Source of the DNA: Phycisphaerae bacterium
GTDB taxonomy: Bacteria > Planctomycetota > Phycisphaerae > UBA1845
Assembly (NCBI GenBank): GCA_963666835.2
Contig: CAXXGO010000001.1
Span: forward strand, 1,088,001 to 1,152,000
Direction of reading: 5' to 3'
DNA length: 64,000 bases
The notes under the pieces are model-generated. The model saw nothing but the letters and a program-made list of their open reading frames with translations, was not told where the DNA came from and searched no databases. Made by a program: the position numbers and the translations under genes. Positions 30,001 to 40,311 of the stretch are shown piece after piece (the stretch's first letter is position 1; every line of letters begins with the position of its first letter).

Positions 30001-31530
30001 ATGACCGACGAGGAACAGGCTGTCGATCAGCAGGACGACAACGAACTGGAAGAAAACCTGGACCAGGAGGGGCAAGACCAGGAGCTGTCCGACGAAGAAC
30101 AGGCCATGGCCAAGCTCAAAGAGGCCATCACTGTTGAGCAGGAGGACATCGGTTCGCTGCGTCGGAAACTAACGGTCACTATCCCCCGTGACACGCTGGA
30201 CGATCGTCTGGGCGAGCAGTTCACGGAGCTCAAACGTGATGCGGTCGTGCCCGGATTCCGGAAAGGCCACGCTCCGCTGGTGCTCGTCGAGAAGCGCTTT
30301 GGGGCCGACGTCGGGGAGCAACTCATCAGCCAACTCCTTAGCAGCGGCTACCTTGCGGCCGTGGAGAAGGAAGAACTCAAGGTGCTCGGTGACCCGCTAT
30401 TCTGGGTGAAGGTCTCCGAGGAGCGGGAGGGTGAGAACCAGCAGACCGAGAAGGTGGAAACCGAGAAGCTGCTCCCGATGGACAAGGCCCTCGACGAGCT
30501 CAAGCTGCCCAAAGAAGGCCCGCTCACCTTCTCCTGCGAGATCGAACTCAAACCGGAGTTCGAGCTACCGCAGCTCGACAAGATCCCCGTCAAGAAGCCC
30601 TCGGTGGAGATCACCGATGAGGACGTAGAGGTGGAGATTAAGCGGATGTGCATGTCGCGGGGCACGTTCGAGCCTGTTGAAGACGGGGCCGTCGAACTGG
30701 ATGACCTGCTTTATGTAGCCATGAAAATGTCCGTCGGGGATGAGGTCCTCGCCAGCGACGACAATTACGACATGTCCGCGCGCGACATGCGGATAAAGGG
30801 CGTCCCGCTGGCCGGTTTGGGCGAAGCGCTCAAGGGCAAGAAGACCGGCGAATCGGTTACTTTCGAAGGCACCGTTCCGGAAGACCACGAGAACATCGAC
30901 GCGCGGGGGAAGACCGCGAAGTTCGAGTTCACCATTAATGAGATCAAGCGCCTGTATGTTCCTGGGCTGGACGAAGAGCTGCTGACCAGCTTTGGCTACG
31001 ATACCGAAGATGAGCTGCGCGAGACCATGCGGTATGTCCTGGAATCCCGATTGGACTCCACGATCAAGAAGGGCATGCGCCAACAGGTCAGCGATTACCT
31101 GGTCGACAAGACAACGCTGGAACTGCCCGAAGGGCTCTCGCAGCGTCAGACCGATCGATCGATTGCCCGCCGCATGATCGAGATGTACCAGGCCGGTATC
31201 CCGCAGGCCGAGCTCGAGAAGTCGATGGATGAGATGAGGACCCGAGCTCACGATCAAGCGGTGCGCGATCTCAAGCTATACTTCATTCTGGAGAAGGTGG
31301 CCGAAGACCGTGGCATTGAGGTCTCCGAGGAGCAGATCAACTCTGCGATCGCGGAGATTGCGCGGCGTAGTGATAAGCGGTTCGATCGGATGCGCGACGA
31401 ACTCAGCAAGAGCGACGGAATGGCGACGCTCTACCTGCAGTTGCGCGATAACCTCACCCTTGACGCTCTGCTGGAAGAGGCCGAGGTGGAGGAGATGGAA
31501 GGTCCTGAAAAGGGCGCCCCGGGCGAGTGA
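30001..31530 (+). CDS. tig: Trigger factor
   Basis: VPGFRKGHAP ribosome-binding motif, FKBP-like middle domain, lies upstream of clpP. Has an acidic N-terminal extension. Confidence 0.93.
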   Translation: MTDEEQAVDQQDDNELEENLDQEGQDQELSDEEQAMAKLKEAITVEQEDIGSLRRKLTVTIPRDTLDDRLGEQFTELKRDAVVPGFRKGHAPLVLVEKRFGADVGEQLISQLLSSGYLAAVEKEELKVLGDPLFWVKVSEEREGENQQTEKVETEKLLPMDKALDELKLPKEGPLTFSCEIELKPEFELPQLDKIPVKKPSVEITDEDVEVEIKRMCMSRGTFEPVEDGAVELDDLLYVAMKMSVGDEVLASDDNYDMSARDMRIKGVPLAGLGEALKGKKTGESVTFEGTVPEDHENIDARGKTAKFEFTINEIKRLYVPGLDEELLTSFGYDTEDELRETMRYVLESRLDSTIKKGMRQQVSDYLVDKTTLELPEGLSQRQTDRSIARRMIEMYQAGIPQAELEKSMDEMRTRAHDQAVRDLKLYFILEKVAEDRGIEVSEEQINSAIAEIARRSDKRFDRMRDELSKSDGMATLYLQLRDNLTLDALLEEAEVEEMEGPEKGAPGE

Positions 31531-31767
31531 TCAGGAGGATCAGCCGGGTAGCCGGACCCCGGTAAACAACCGGTCCGACGCAGACTTTTTGCCGACAAGT
31601 CCATGAGGGTCGGCGTCAATACAGGCGCCGATTGCTCGGGGTGGGCGCGGGTCGCCCGTGGCCTGCCTTGGTTCAGTGGCCCAACGGAGTGAGGCCCCCT
31701 TGATTCTCCCCGGAATCCAGGTGAGCCGATAATCGAAAAGCGAAGGCACCGACAGAAGGAAAGACCT

Positions 31768-32412
31768 ATGCACGAGTTTCCCAGCATGATGAACACAGTT
31801 AACCAGTTCCCGCCGTACCAGCGCACGCGCGAGATGTCGTTGACCGACATGCTGCTGGAGAACCGGATCATCTTCCTGTCGGGGCCGATCGTGGAGAGAA
31901 CGGCCAACGTCGTAATCCAGCAGCTCCTCTACCTGCAGTCGATTCGTCGCAGTCAAGACGTCAACTTGTACATTAACTCGCCCGGCGGGCTGGTAGATCA
32001 GACGTTGGCGATCTACGACACGATGCAGTTCATGGGCTGCGAGCTGGCCACCTATTGCATCGGTCAGGCGGCCAGCGGGGCGGCCGTCCTCCTTATGGCG
32101 GGGACCAAAGGTAAACGGTTCATCCTGCCCAACGCGAAGGTGATGCTCCACCAACCGTACGGAGGCATTACGGGGCAGGCCGAGGACATCCGCATCCAGG
32201 TCGAAGAAGTGCTTCGCGACAAGAGCCGACTCAATGAGATCATCGCCAGGTGTACCGGCAAGTCCGTCGAGATGGTGTCGGAAGAGATTGAGCGCGATCG
32301 GTTCCTGAATGCCCAGGAGGCGCTGGACTACGGAATCGTGGATGAGATCCTCGAAGATCATGATTCAAAGAAGGACGGCGGAAAGAAGAAAAAGAAGAAG
32401 AACGATCTGTAG
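31768..32412 (+). CDS. clpP: ATP-dependent Clp protease proteolytic subunit
   Basis: YINSPGG, GQAASGAA, MLHQP, ERDRFL. Confidence 0.95.
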   Translation: MHEFPSMMNTVNQFPPYQRTREMSLTDMLLENRIIFLSGPIVERTANVVIQQLLYLQSIRRSQDVNLYINSPGGLVDQTLAIYDTMQFMGCELATYCIGQAASGAAVLLMAGTKGKRFILPNAKVMLHQPYGGITGQAEDIRIQVEEVLRDKSRLNEIIARCTGKSVEMVSEEIERDRFLNAQEALDYGIVDEILEDHDSKKDGGKKKKKKNDL

Positions 32413-32526
32413 GTTCTGCGATCTTATCAGCCGGCCGGTAGCCGGATAGACAAACAACCGGAGTTGCTCGGCCGAGGTTGGCCGGGCAGCCCGGGTGAAA
32501 CACTACAGCAAGCGAGATAGGGCTAT

Positions 32527-33135
32527 ATGAGCGTTATCAACCAGCGAGTCCCCTTCGTGGTCGAGTCTACCGGTCGTGGCGAGCGAGAGATGGACATCTT
32601 CTCGCGCCTTCTCAAGGACCGGATTGTGTTCCTCACGGGTGGGATTGATGACGAGGTCGCGAACTTGATCGTGGCTCAGATGCTGTTCCTGTCGAACGAG
32701 GACCCCAAGTCCGACGTTCACCTGTACGTCAACAGCCCGGGTGGATCCGTGTCGGCGGGTCTGGCCATTTACGACACGATGCAGTATCTGCGCTGTGACG
32801 TTGCGACGTACAACGTCGGCATGTGTGCCAGTATGGGGGCAATCATCCTGTGCGGGGGGGAGAAGGGCAAGCGATATTTGCTGCCCAACTCCCGCACCTT
32901 GCTGCATCAGCCGTTGATCGGCGGAGTGCTGGAGGGGCCGGCGACCGATCTATCGATCGAGGCCGAAGAGATCATCCGGTTGCGCAAGGTTCTCTACAAC
33001 ATCATCTCCTCGCGTACCGGTCGAGAGATGGACGTGGTCGAGAAGGACTGCGATCGTAACAAGTGGCTCGACGCGGGTGAGACGATTGACTATGGATTGG
33101 CTGATCGGGTTTTGGAGCGAATGCCAACTACGTAG
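32527..33135 (+). CDS. clpP: ATP-dependent Clp protease proteolytic subunit (second paralog)
   Basis: DIFSRLLKDRI, YVNSPGG, CASMGA, LLHQP, DRNKWL. Confidence 0.95.
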   Translation: MSVINQRVPFVVESTGRGEREMDIFSRLLKDRIVFLTGGIDDEVANLIVAQMLFLSNEDPKSDVHLYVNSPGGSVSAGLAIYDTMQYLRCDVATYNVGMCASMGAIILCGGEKGKRYLLPNSRTLLHQPLIGGVLEGPATDLSIEAEEIIRLRKVLYNIISSRTGREMDVVEKDCDRNKWLDAGETIDYGLADRVLERMPTT

Positions 33136-33149
33136 GAAGCCCGATTGCC

Positions 33150-33244
33150 CTCCGAGCCCCCCCCTTTTTTCAAGGGGGCGGACCTCCGAGCACCCCCTTT
33201 CAAGGGGGGTGGATCTCCGAGCACCCCCTTTCAAGGGGGTGGAC
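33150..33244. repeat. Three tandem palindromic units of about 31 nt
   Basis: CTCCGAGC(A)CCCCCTTTCAAGGGGG(G)YGGA repeated three times between convergent genes. Confidence 0.85.
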
Positions 33245-33317
33245 AACAAGAGTCCCCCAGGGCACGGATCGCTAGCCGGTGGGTCTCGACCTCACCGGCT
33301 CTGCTTCTGCGCAGAGT

Positions 33318-33887
33318 CTACACGCTCAGAAAGTTGGCGAGCAGGCGACTGCCTTCGTCGGTGAGGAAGCTCTCCGGGTGAAACTGCACACCCTCGATCG
33401 GCATTTCACGATGCCGCAAGCCCATCAGTTCGTTGCGGTCGGTCCACGCCGTCACTACCAGTTCGGCGGGTAGCGAGTCACGATCCACGCACAGCGAGTG
33501 ATACCGCGTGGCCGTGAACGGGTTCGTAAGCTCCCGGTAGACTCCCGCGCCGTCGTGGTGAATCAGACTGGTCTTGCCATGCATGAGCCGCGGGGCCCGC
33601 ACAACGCGAGCGCCGAAGACTTGGCCAATGCACTGGTGCCCCAGACAAACCCCCAGGAGCGGGACCTTGCCGCCGAAAGCTTCGACCACATCCATGCTGA
33701 TCCCGGCTTCGTTAGGAGTACACGGACCGGGTGATATGATGACGCGTTCGGGACGAAGAGCCTCTAACTCGCCGACGGTCGCCGCGTCGTTACGTACAAC
33801 TTCTACCTCGGTCTGCCGGCTCAGTTCGCCGATTCGCTGGACGAGGTTGTAGGTGAAAGAGTCGTAATTATCGATGATCAGAATCAC
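33318..33887 (-). CDS. Anthranilate/aminodeoxychorismate synthase component II (TrpG/PabA)
   Basis: [41 protein letters not shown]. Confidence 0.95.
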   Translation of the reverse strand: MILIIDNYDSFTYNLVQRIGELSRQTEVEVVRNDAATVGELEALRPERVIISPGPCTPNEAGISMDVVEAFGGKVPLLGVCLGHQCIGQVFGARVVRAPRLMHGKTSLIHHDGAGVYRELTNPFTATRYHSLCVDRDSLPAELVVTAWTDRNELMGLRHREMPIEGVQFHPESFLTDEGSRLLANFLSV

Positions 33888-33931
33888 GGATCGAGATTAG
33901 CAGGCCGTCCCGGGATTAGCAACGATCATGC

Positions 33932-35140
33932 TTACCTCGATCCGGTCTCCCCACAATCGGCGCACGCGCAGACCAGCTCGGCCATCACTGCATTCGCCAC
34001 GAGACGCCCCTGACGGGTCAGGGCGATGTGCGTATCCGAGACGGTGAGCAGCCCGAGCCCCACCAGCCTATCCAACGGCTCGCGGAACGTCTCACGCGGA
34101 TCCGCCTGAGTGAGCTCATGGCAATGTGCCAGGGACAGGCCCTCGGTCAGCCGAAGCTGCATCAAGATTGCCTCGGTCAGCAGCATCGACGAGTCCAGTT
34201 GTTCCGACTCGAGCTCCGCATGCCCCCGATCTGCCATGAGTCGGAGATACTCAGCGACATCGGCGACATTTCGATACCGACGCCGCCCAATCCGTCCGAC
34301 CGCCGACGGTCCGACCCCGATGTACGGGCCGTTTCGCCAATAGATGAGATTGTGCCGGCATTCGCAGTCGGGTCGGGCGAAGTTGCTGAGCTCGTATTGG
34401 GCATAGCCGCATTGGGCAAGTTGATCGACGGCCTGGAGGTACAGGTCGGCCTCAAGCTGCTCATCACACGGGTCAACGTCCTTGCGGTCCCGCCGCCTCG
34501 TCAGCCTGGTGTTCGGTTCGTAGGTGAGTCCGTAGCAGGCGATGTGCTGGGGTCCGAGATCCACCGCCCGTCGGATCGATTCGGCCCAGGTTGCCGCCGT
34601 CTGGCCCGGAATACCGAAAATGAGATCCAAGCCGATCCGGTTGATACCGTTGTCTCGGAGTGTAGCTACCGATGGCGCCACGTCTTCCGCACAGTGCTCC
34701 CGTTCCAGAACCGCCAGCTCGGCAGCGGAAAACGACTGCGCGCCTAACGAGACCCGCGTTACACCGCCTTTGACCAACGTGCGGGCTTTGCTTGCATTCA
34801 CGGTAGCCGGGTTCGCCTCGACCGTAAACTCGGCCGGAGCGTGGCCCGAAAGGACCTGCTGCACCGTACCGAGCAGAACTCCCAACTGCTCTTCGGCCAG
34901 GACGGTTGGAGTGCCGCCCCCAACGAAGACCGTGGCGATCTCCCCGGGGATTTCGGCCGCCCGACGCCGCAGCTCGCGGCAAAGGTGCTCAACCAAAGCG
35001 GCGCCGTCACGTTCCCCGGTTGTTACGGAGTAGAAATCGCAGTAGGCGCATTTCGACCGACAGAACGGTACGTGGATATAGAGTCCGTAGGGACCATCGT
35101 CTAGGGTTCCAGAGTGTGCGCCTGCCGCCATGACTACCAT
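33932..35140 (-). CDS. hemW: Radical SAM heme chaperone HemW
   Basis: YIHVPFCRSKCAYCDF, GGGTPT, EANP, YELSNF, HNLIYW. Confidence 0.9.
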   Translation of the reverse strand: MVVMAAGAHSGTLDDGPYGLYIHVPFCRSKCAYCDFYSVTTGERDGAALVEHLCRELRRRAAEIPGEIATVFVGGGTPTVLAEEQLGVLLGTVQQVLSGHAPAEFTVEANPATVNASKARTLVKGGVTRVSLGAQSFSAAELAVLEREHCAEDVAPSVATLRDNGINRIGLDLIFGIPGQTAATWAESIRRAVDLGPQHIACYGLTYEPNTRLTRRRDRKDVDPCDEQLEADLYLQAVDQLAQCGYAQYELSNFARPDCECRHNLIYWRNGPYIGVGPSAVGRIGRRRYRNVADVAEYLRLMADRGHAELESEQLDSSMLLTEAILMQLRLTEGLSLAHCHELTQADPRETFREPLDRLVGLGLLTVSDTHIALTRQGRLVANAVMAELVCACADCGETGSR

Positions 35141-35332
35141 GATAGGGCCGATCCCACTTTCACGTCAGTGGGGCGGCAGGCCGCTTCCGGCGTCGGTTGT
35201 TGCCAAGAAGGGGGGCTTGAATCGGTGGAGTTGAATGATCTTGCACGTGCGGATATAGTTGTGCGTAGATTGGGCGCCGGGTTGGCCCGTCTGCGCCTCT
35301 GGATGAGAACACCAAGTAACGGACGTGTGCTC

Positions 35333-35812
35333 ATGGACGTGAAGTTCATCATGTTTCGCGAGGACGGCAAACGCCGAGACTTACCCCTGACACCGGGAGC
35401 GACGACGATCGGCCGCAAGGACGATTGCGGGATTCGTATTCCTCTTGGGGAGGTTTCGCGCCATCATGCCGAGGTGACGGTTGGCGACGACGGTGTTGTT
35501 CTGCGCGACTTGGGCGGTGCTAACGGTACCTTCCTTAACAACCGGCGGATCCAGGACGAAGAGGATCTGGAACCGGGGGATCAGGTCATGGTCGGTCCGG
35601 TGGTGTTCACCGTGCAGATTGACGGCGATCCTGCGGATGACGAACTTGTCGAGGTGCGGACGAAGAATCCCGGGCGCAAGAGCGGTGGTGCGGCGGTAGG
35701 TACGTCGGCCCACGTGTTTATGTCCGATGAGGAGACCGACCCCATCGCGGCGCTCGAGGCTTTGGCCTCCAGCGCCGATCAAACGGCGATCAATCCGGAA
35801 GATGATGAGTAG
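35333..35812 (+). CDS. FHA domain protein
   Basis: TIGR...VSRHHA...DLGGANGTFLN; acidic tail. Confidence 0.9.
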   Translation: MDVKFIMFREDGKRRDLPLTPGATTIGRKDDCGIRIPLGEVSRHHAEVTVGDDGVVLRDLGGANGTFLNNRRIQDEEDLEPGDQVMVGPVVFTVQIDGDPADDELVEVRTKNPGRKSGGAAVGTSAHVFMSDEETDPIAALEALASSADQTAINPEDDE

Positions 35813-35876
35813 AACGGAGGTCTGCTTCTTTCAGTTTGGGCGCATCCCGTGGTCCGGACGATTTCGCCGCGGGTAT

Positions 35877-38054
35877 CTACAGGTGAGACAGATCTTTAGC
35901 TTCGCTCTCGGCCGCCAGGAACCGGTCGGTGTAGCGCGGGTCCACTTGCTGACACACTCTTGTCGCTAGCTCGCCGATTCTTTCGTAGTCCGGATCGCCT
36001 CCGGAACGCTCGAGGAACTCCCCCGCCAGGATCACCAGACGCAAAAGATGCCGGAGAACGACCCCTTCGTTCTTGGACAGGTTGCGCTCGCGCACGTACT
36101 TGTAGAAATCGCAATCGAATTCGAAGATCCCCCCGGCCACCCGCTTCGGTTGCACCCGGACATCCTCCGGCATCGCCAACTTCGCGTCGAAGAGCGCCTT
36201 GAGCATCTCCGGTACGGTCATCGACCGCTGAACCTCCTCCTCCGCCCAGTAATCCGCACCCGCATCGTGGTCCGGAAGCAGAATCCCACCCTCCGGATGA
36301 GGTAGCGCGATTCCCATCTGCAAGAGAGTGGGCTCTAAGACTTCCCTTTGGAGAGGACCCGGCTCCAGGTCGTCCCGCAGGCGCGTGGCGCGTCCCATTG
36401 CCGGTGGAATCGACAGGACCGATTCGAGGGCCTGGGTTTTCTCTTCGAGATCACCCCGGCGCAGTTGGTCGGTCAGAAAAGCGCCGTAGAGTGGATCGAC
36501 GCTGCGAAAGACCGTCAACTCATGGATCGTGTCATTGATCGTAACGTGGTCACCGTCCTCAGATTTGGTGAGGTAGCCGAATCTCGCCAGGTTGTCGGTC
36601 ATGTAGTCTGTCTGGTTCTGGAACTTCTCCAGCTTGGCGGCCGTGTTGAACCGCTTGGACAGAAACTCGCGCACCTCGGCCAGCGAGCCGCTTCTGGTTA
36701 GCAGGTAGATCAGGACCTGATACGGGATCATCGACCGGCTGGCGAGCTTGGCCGGGCCGGAGTTGATCAGCACGCGCATCTGCCCTTCGGTCCAGTACTG
36801 AACCGTCTTGCGTCGTGACGGTTTCTTGCGCTCGAGCTGTTTGCGGGCTCGGAGGATCCCGGGGTCTTTCGAATTCGGGTCAATCTGATCGTACTTCTTC
36901 CGCCATTTCTCGATCTTGACGTCATCGTCGTGGGCGAGCACGAAGACGTAGCCCTGAGTGTCAAACTGGGGACGACCCGCTCGTCCGAACATCTGGTGGG
37001 CCGCCGAACCGGGGATGAGCTTCTGCTCGCCATGTTTCCCCTTCAAAAGCGTGCTGAGCACGACCGAACGCGCGGGGAGGTTAATCCCTGCCGCGAGGGT
37101 CTCCGTGCAAACGACAAAGGGGATGAGCTTACGGAAGAACAGGTTCTCGACGATTACCTTGTACTTGGGAAGGATCCCCGCATGATGCACGCCCACTCCG
37201 CGGATCAGCATCTGCCGGAGCTTGGGCCCGATCCCCTCGGCAAAGACGGCCGGGTCGATCGACGACTCGATCTCCGCTCGGGCTGCGGGGCTGATGAGGT
37301 TCGCTCCTTTGAGCCGTTCGGCCACTTCCCAGCACTCGTCTCTATTGAAGCAGAATACCAGCGCGGGGGCGCGATTCTCAGTATCGTCTGCGGAGACCAT
37401 GCTTGGAAGGTGTTCCGTCAGGAGCTTGTCACCGACCCATTCAAACTCCAGCGGCACGCGTCTTTCATCGGTCTGCACCAACCGCAGCTTCCGCCCGTGC
37501 TGTTCGCCGGCCCAACGGACGAACTCGACGGTGTTCCCCACGGTTGCCGAGAGCAGCATGAGGCGGATGTGCTTGGGGAGCAAGGCCAGCGATAGCTCCC
37601 ACACAATGCCACGCTCGCGGTCGTTGAAGTAGTGGAACTCGTCCATGACCACGCCGCTGGTTTCCGCAAGCTGCTCGTCGCCGGCCAGCAGGTGGTTGAG
37701 CAGGATCTCGGCCACGACCACCCGGACGCGCGCATTGGGATTCTCACGCCGGTTGCCGGTGATCAACCCGATCTCCTGACGGGGGAATCCCCAATCCTCG
37801 GCGCGATCCTGGAATTCGCGGAACTTCTGATCGGTCAGCGCAATCAGGGGCGTGGTGTAATAGAGGTACTGCCCGGCCTGGAGGGCTTCGAATATCGCAG
37901 CTTCCGCGATGAGGGTCTTGCCCATCCCGGTCGGCGCGGAGATTAACGCACCCCCTTCCGATTCGAACCAGGCTAAGAGAGCCTCCTCCTGGAATGGGTA
38001 GAGATCGAACGAGAGCGTATCCAGAAAACGATCACAAATATCGCCGCGGTCCAT
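35877..38054 (-). CDS. Ski2-like DEAD/DEAH-box helicase
   Basis: APTGMGKT, MDEFH, LSAT, HHAG, TETLAAGIN, QMFGRAGR. Confidence 0.92.
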   Translation of the reverse strand: MDRGDICDRFLDTLSFDLYPFQEEALLAWFESEGGALISAPTGMGKTLIAEAAIFEALQAGQYLYYTTPLIALTDQKFREFQDRAEDWGFPRQEIGLITGNRRENPNARVRVVVAEILLNHLLAGDEQLAETSGVVMDEFHYFNDRERGIVWELSLALLPKHIRLMLLSATVGNTVEFVRWAGEQHGRKLRLVQTDERRVPLEFEWVGDKLLTEHLPSMVSADDTENRAPALVFCFNRDECWEVAERLKGANLISPAARAEIESSIDPAVFAEGIGPKLRQMLIRGVGVHHAGILPKYKVIVENLFFRKLIPFVVCTETLAAGINLPARSVVLSTLLKGKHGEQKLIPGSAAHQMFGRAGRPQFDTQGYVFVLAHDDDVKIEKWRKKYDQIDPNSKDPGILRARKQLERKKPSRRKTVQYWTEGQMRVLINSGPAKLASRSMIPYQVLIYLLTRSGSLAEVREFLSKRFNTAAKLEKFQNQTDYMTDNLARFGYLTKSEDGDHVTINDTIHELTVFRSVDPLYGAFLTDQLRRGDLEEKTQALESVLSIPPAMGRATRLRDDLEPGPLQREVLEPTLLQMGIALPHPEGGILLPDHDAGADYWAEEEVQRSMTVPEMLKALFDAKLAMPEDVRVQPKRVAGGIFEFDCDFYKYVRERNLSKNEGVVLRHLLRLVILAGEFLERSGGDPDYERIGELATRVCQQVDPRYTDRFLAAESEAKDLSHL

Positions 38055-38128
38055 ATCGCCAGCATAGCGAAGACCGGTCGGAAGGCGAATACCAGAGTTG
38101 TGCCGGACGGGAGATGCTGGCGTCCGCC

Positions 38129-38278
38129 CTATCCACCCAGCAGCGCCGCATAGAGCATGGACTCCGCCAAGCTCGTGGCTAACGGGCTCAAAGCGGACAG
38201 GCAGCCCACCAATTGGAGCAAACAGCCGCCAGCGGCGGCGAGCGCCGCAAGACGTGCGATTCGACGTTTCATCCGCAT
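38129..38278 (-). CDS. Small lipoprotein-like peptide (49 aa)
   Basis: AAGGAG RBS; MRMKRRIARLAALAAAGGCLLQLVGC. Confidence 0.6.
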   Translation of the reverse strand: MRMKRRIARLAALAAAGGCLLQLVGCLSALSPLATSLAESMLYAALLGG

Positions 38279-38348
38279 CGAGAACGGCTCCTTTGCCAAG
38301 GACTCACCCTGAAGCCGTCCGGGCGAGTCCAAACTTCGGATCACCACG

Positions 38349-38386
38349 AAAAAGTGCTCAGACGGAACTTGTCCGCCCGAGCACTT
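38349..38386 (-). terminator. Intrinsic terminator
   Basis: Minus strand AAGTGCTCGGGCGGA-loop-TCCGTCTGAGCACTT followed by TTT. Confidence 0.65.
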
Positions 38387-38420
38387 CAAATGACCATCAC
38401 AATACTGGCGGAACCGCGGT

Positions 38421-38696
38421 CTATGGATCAAGGTCGTAGATAAGACCAAGCGGTTCGTACGGGTCGTCTCCGCAGTAGCCCGGAATGACGCACGTCGGGT
38501 CTACCGACCAGTCGCCGATATCAGCGGCCTGCGTCAGGAAGTACCCCGACGGAATATTGGCGAACACCGTACCGGCCGGGTCGGCGTACCGCGTAGCATT
38601 GACCAAGAAGTCGTTGCATGACCCGATCAAGCCGCAGGCAAACCCCCCGGCTAGAACCACCCCCACAAGTCGTTTGAATCTCGACCGTCTAATCAT
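38421..38696 (-). CDS. Small lipoprotein-like secreted protein (91 aa)
   Basis: MIRRSRFKRLVGVVLAGGFACGLIGSC, then an acidic mature region with a Cys pair. Confidence 0.65.
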   Translation of the reverse strand: MIRRSRFKRLVGVVLAGGFACGLIGSCNDFLVNATRYADPAGTVFANIPSGYFLTQAADIGDWSVDPTCVIPGYCGDDPYEPLGLIYDLDP

Positions 38697-38786
38697 TCTT
38701 CCTGACCTCGTTACGAGTGTCCCCCGAAACATCCACAGTCAACAATCGACCTACTTCCGCATGCCTTGACCATCCAACCGCAGCCC

Positions 38787-39014
38787 TTAATCGGCTGTCG
38801 GGCAGTCGGCGAAGAGCGGGTTGTCGCCGGCGCATGGGTCTATCGTTCCGCCCAAAATGCCGTTTTGGCAGTCGAAAATGAAGCAAAAGTTGGTTGCCTC
38901 TAAGAGCGAGTCCCCGGCGTAGCTGATGCAGCCTGCACTGGGGCCAGCCAAGAGGAAACCGCTGCCGCCAATCAAACCGGCAGCCACCGCAATCCGACGG
39001 TAGCGAGAACGCAT
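38787..39014 (-). CDS. Small lipoprotein-like secreted protein (75 aa)
   Basis: GGGAG RBS; MRSRYRRIAVAAGLIGGSGFLLAGPSAGC, then four further Cys. Confidence 0.65.
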   Translation of the reverse strand: MRSRYRRIAVAAGLIGGSGFLLAGPSAGCISYAGDSLLEATNFCFIFDCQNGILGGTIDPCAGDNPLFADCPTAD

Positions 39015-39249
39015 ACCAAAACTCCCTGTCTTCTAAGAGGTCACCTTTCGGCAAACAGCTAAGCTCGGTCCCTTCAAACCGGAAGGTGACCAAACACCTC
39101 GGCACGAGTATAGGAGCCGGACAGACCCGTCGCAAGCCGTTGACCGCGCCTTTTCGGTCTCCCAGGCCTTTCCGGGAGGAGCCGCCCCCATGCGACACCC
39201 CCGCGCCGCACACTCATTATCTCGGCAGGAAACTGTCTCGGCAAGCGGA

Positions 39250-40311
39250 TCAACCTGCAAGAGTTTCTGCGATTCTCCCGGCAGATACCGGCTCTATGAT
39301 TCCTCGCTCGGTGATGATCCCTCGAATCAACCCTGCCGGGGTTACATCGAAGGCTGGGCAATAGCACGCCACGTTCGCCGGGGCGGTCTCCCGGCCGAAT
39401 CCTCGCCTAATCTCATCCGCCCCCCGCTGCTCAACTGGGATTCCGGATCCATTCTTCACTGTAAGATCAAACGTACTGCTTGGCGCTGCGACGTAAAATG
39501 GGATTCCGTGGTGCCGGGCGAGCACCGCTACGGCGTATGTGCCTATCTTGTTGGCGGTATCGCCGTTGGCGGCGATTCGATCGGCCCCGACTATGACGAG
39601 ATCGACCTGGCCCGCCTGCATAAGAGCCCCGGCCATGTTGTCACAGAGCAGGGTCACGTCCAAACCGGCACGCTGCAGCTCCCACGTTGTCAGTCGAGCT
39701 CCTTGCAGCAAGGGGCGAGTTTCGTCGGCATACACTCGAAAAGACCGCCCGGACTCATGGGCGGCGTAGAGCGGAGCCAGCGCAGTGCCGTACTCCGCGG
39801 TCGCCAGCGCTCCTGCGTTGCAGTGCGTCAATACGCCGCTGCTGGGCTTGATCAGCGGGGCACCGTGGCGGCCGATTCCCCGGCACATCGCCGCGTCTTC
39901 GCTCCGGATACGGCAGGCTTCTTCGAGCAACGCCTGCTTAATGGCCGGCACGCTCTCCCATTCCCGCGAGCGCGCCAAGTCCTTCATGCGCCCCAGGGCC
40001 CACGGGAGATTGACGGCGGTAGGGCGGGCGGCGGCCAGCCGCTCACAGACTCGATCCAGACATCCCGAAAACTCGTCGAGACTTTCGCCGGCGAAGTTAC
40101 GAGTCCCCAGTACGACACCCATCGCCGCGGCGATACCGATTGCCGGGGCTCCGCGAACACGAAGGGTCTTGATTGCCTCCCAGATGGTCTCGACATCTTG
40201 GCAGTCGAGAAAACGCAGCTCGCCGGGCAGTAGAGTCTGATCGATTATTCGCGCGCACCCGTCGAGCCCGCCGATCCACTCAATCGACCGGGGCGGCATC
40301 TGGGCCGTCAT
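39250..40311 (-). CDS. mtnA: S-methyl-5-thioribose-1-phosphate isomerase
   Basis: VRGAPAIG, ARPTAVNL, LTHCNAG, DETRPLLQGARLT, NGDTANKIGT. Confidence 0.96.
   Translation of the reverse strand: MTAQMPPRSIEWIGGLDGCARIIDQTLLPGELRFLDCQDVETIWEAIKTLRVRGAPAIGIAAAMGVVLGTRNFAGESLDEFSGCLDRVCERLAAARPTAVNLPWALGRMKDLARSREWESVPAIKQALLEEACRIRSEDAAMCRGIGRHGAPLIKPSSGVLTHCNAGALATAEYGTALAPLYAAHESGRSFRVYADETRPLLQGARLTTWELQRAGLDVTLLCDNMAGALMQAGQVDLVIVGADRIAANGDTANKIGTYAVAVLARHHGIPFYVAAPSSTFDLTVKNGSGIPVEQRGADEIRRGFGRETAPANVACYCPAFDVTPAGLIRGIITERGIIEPVSAGRIAETLAG

Noticed and set aside
33150..33244. Possible mini-CRISPR
   Set aside because: The units abut with no spacers.
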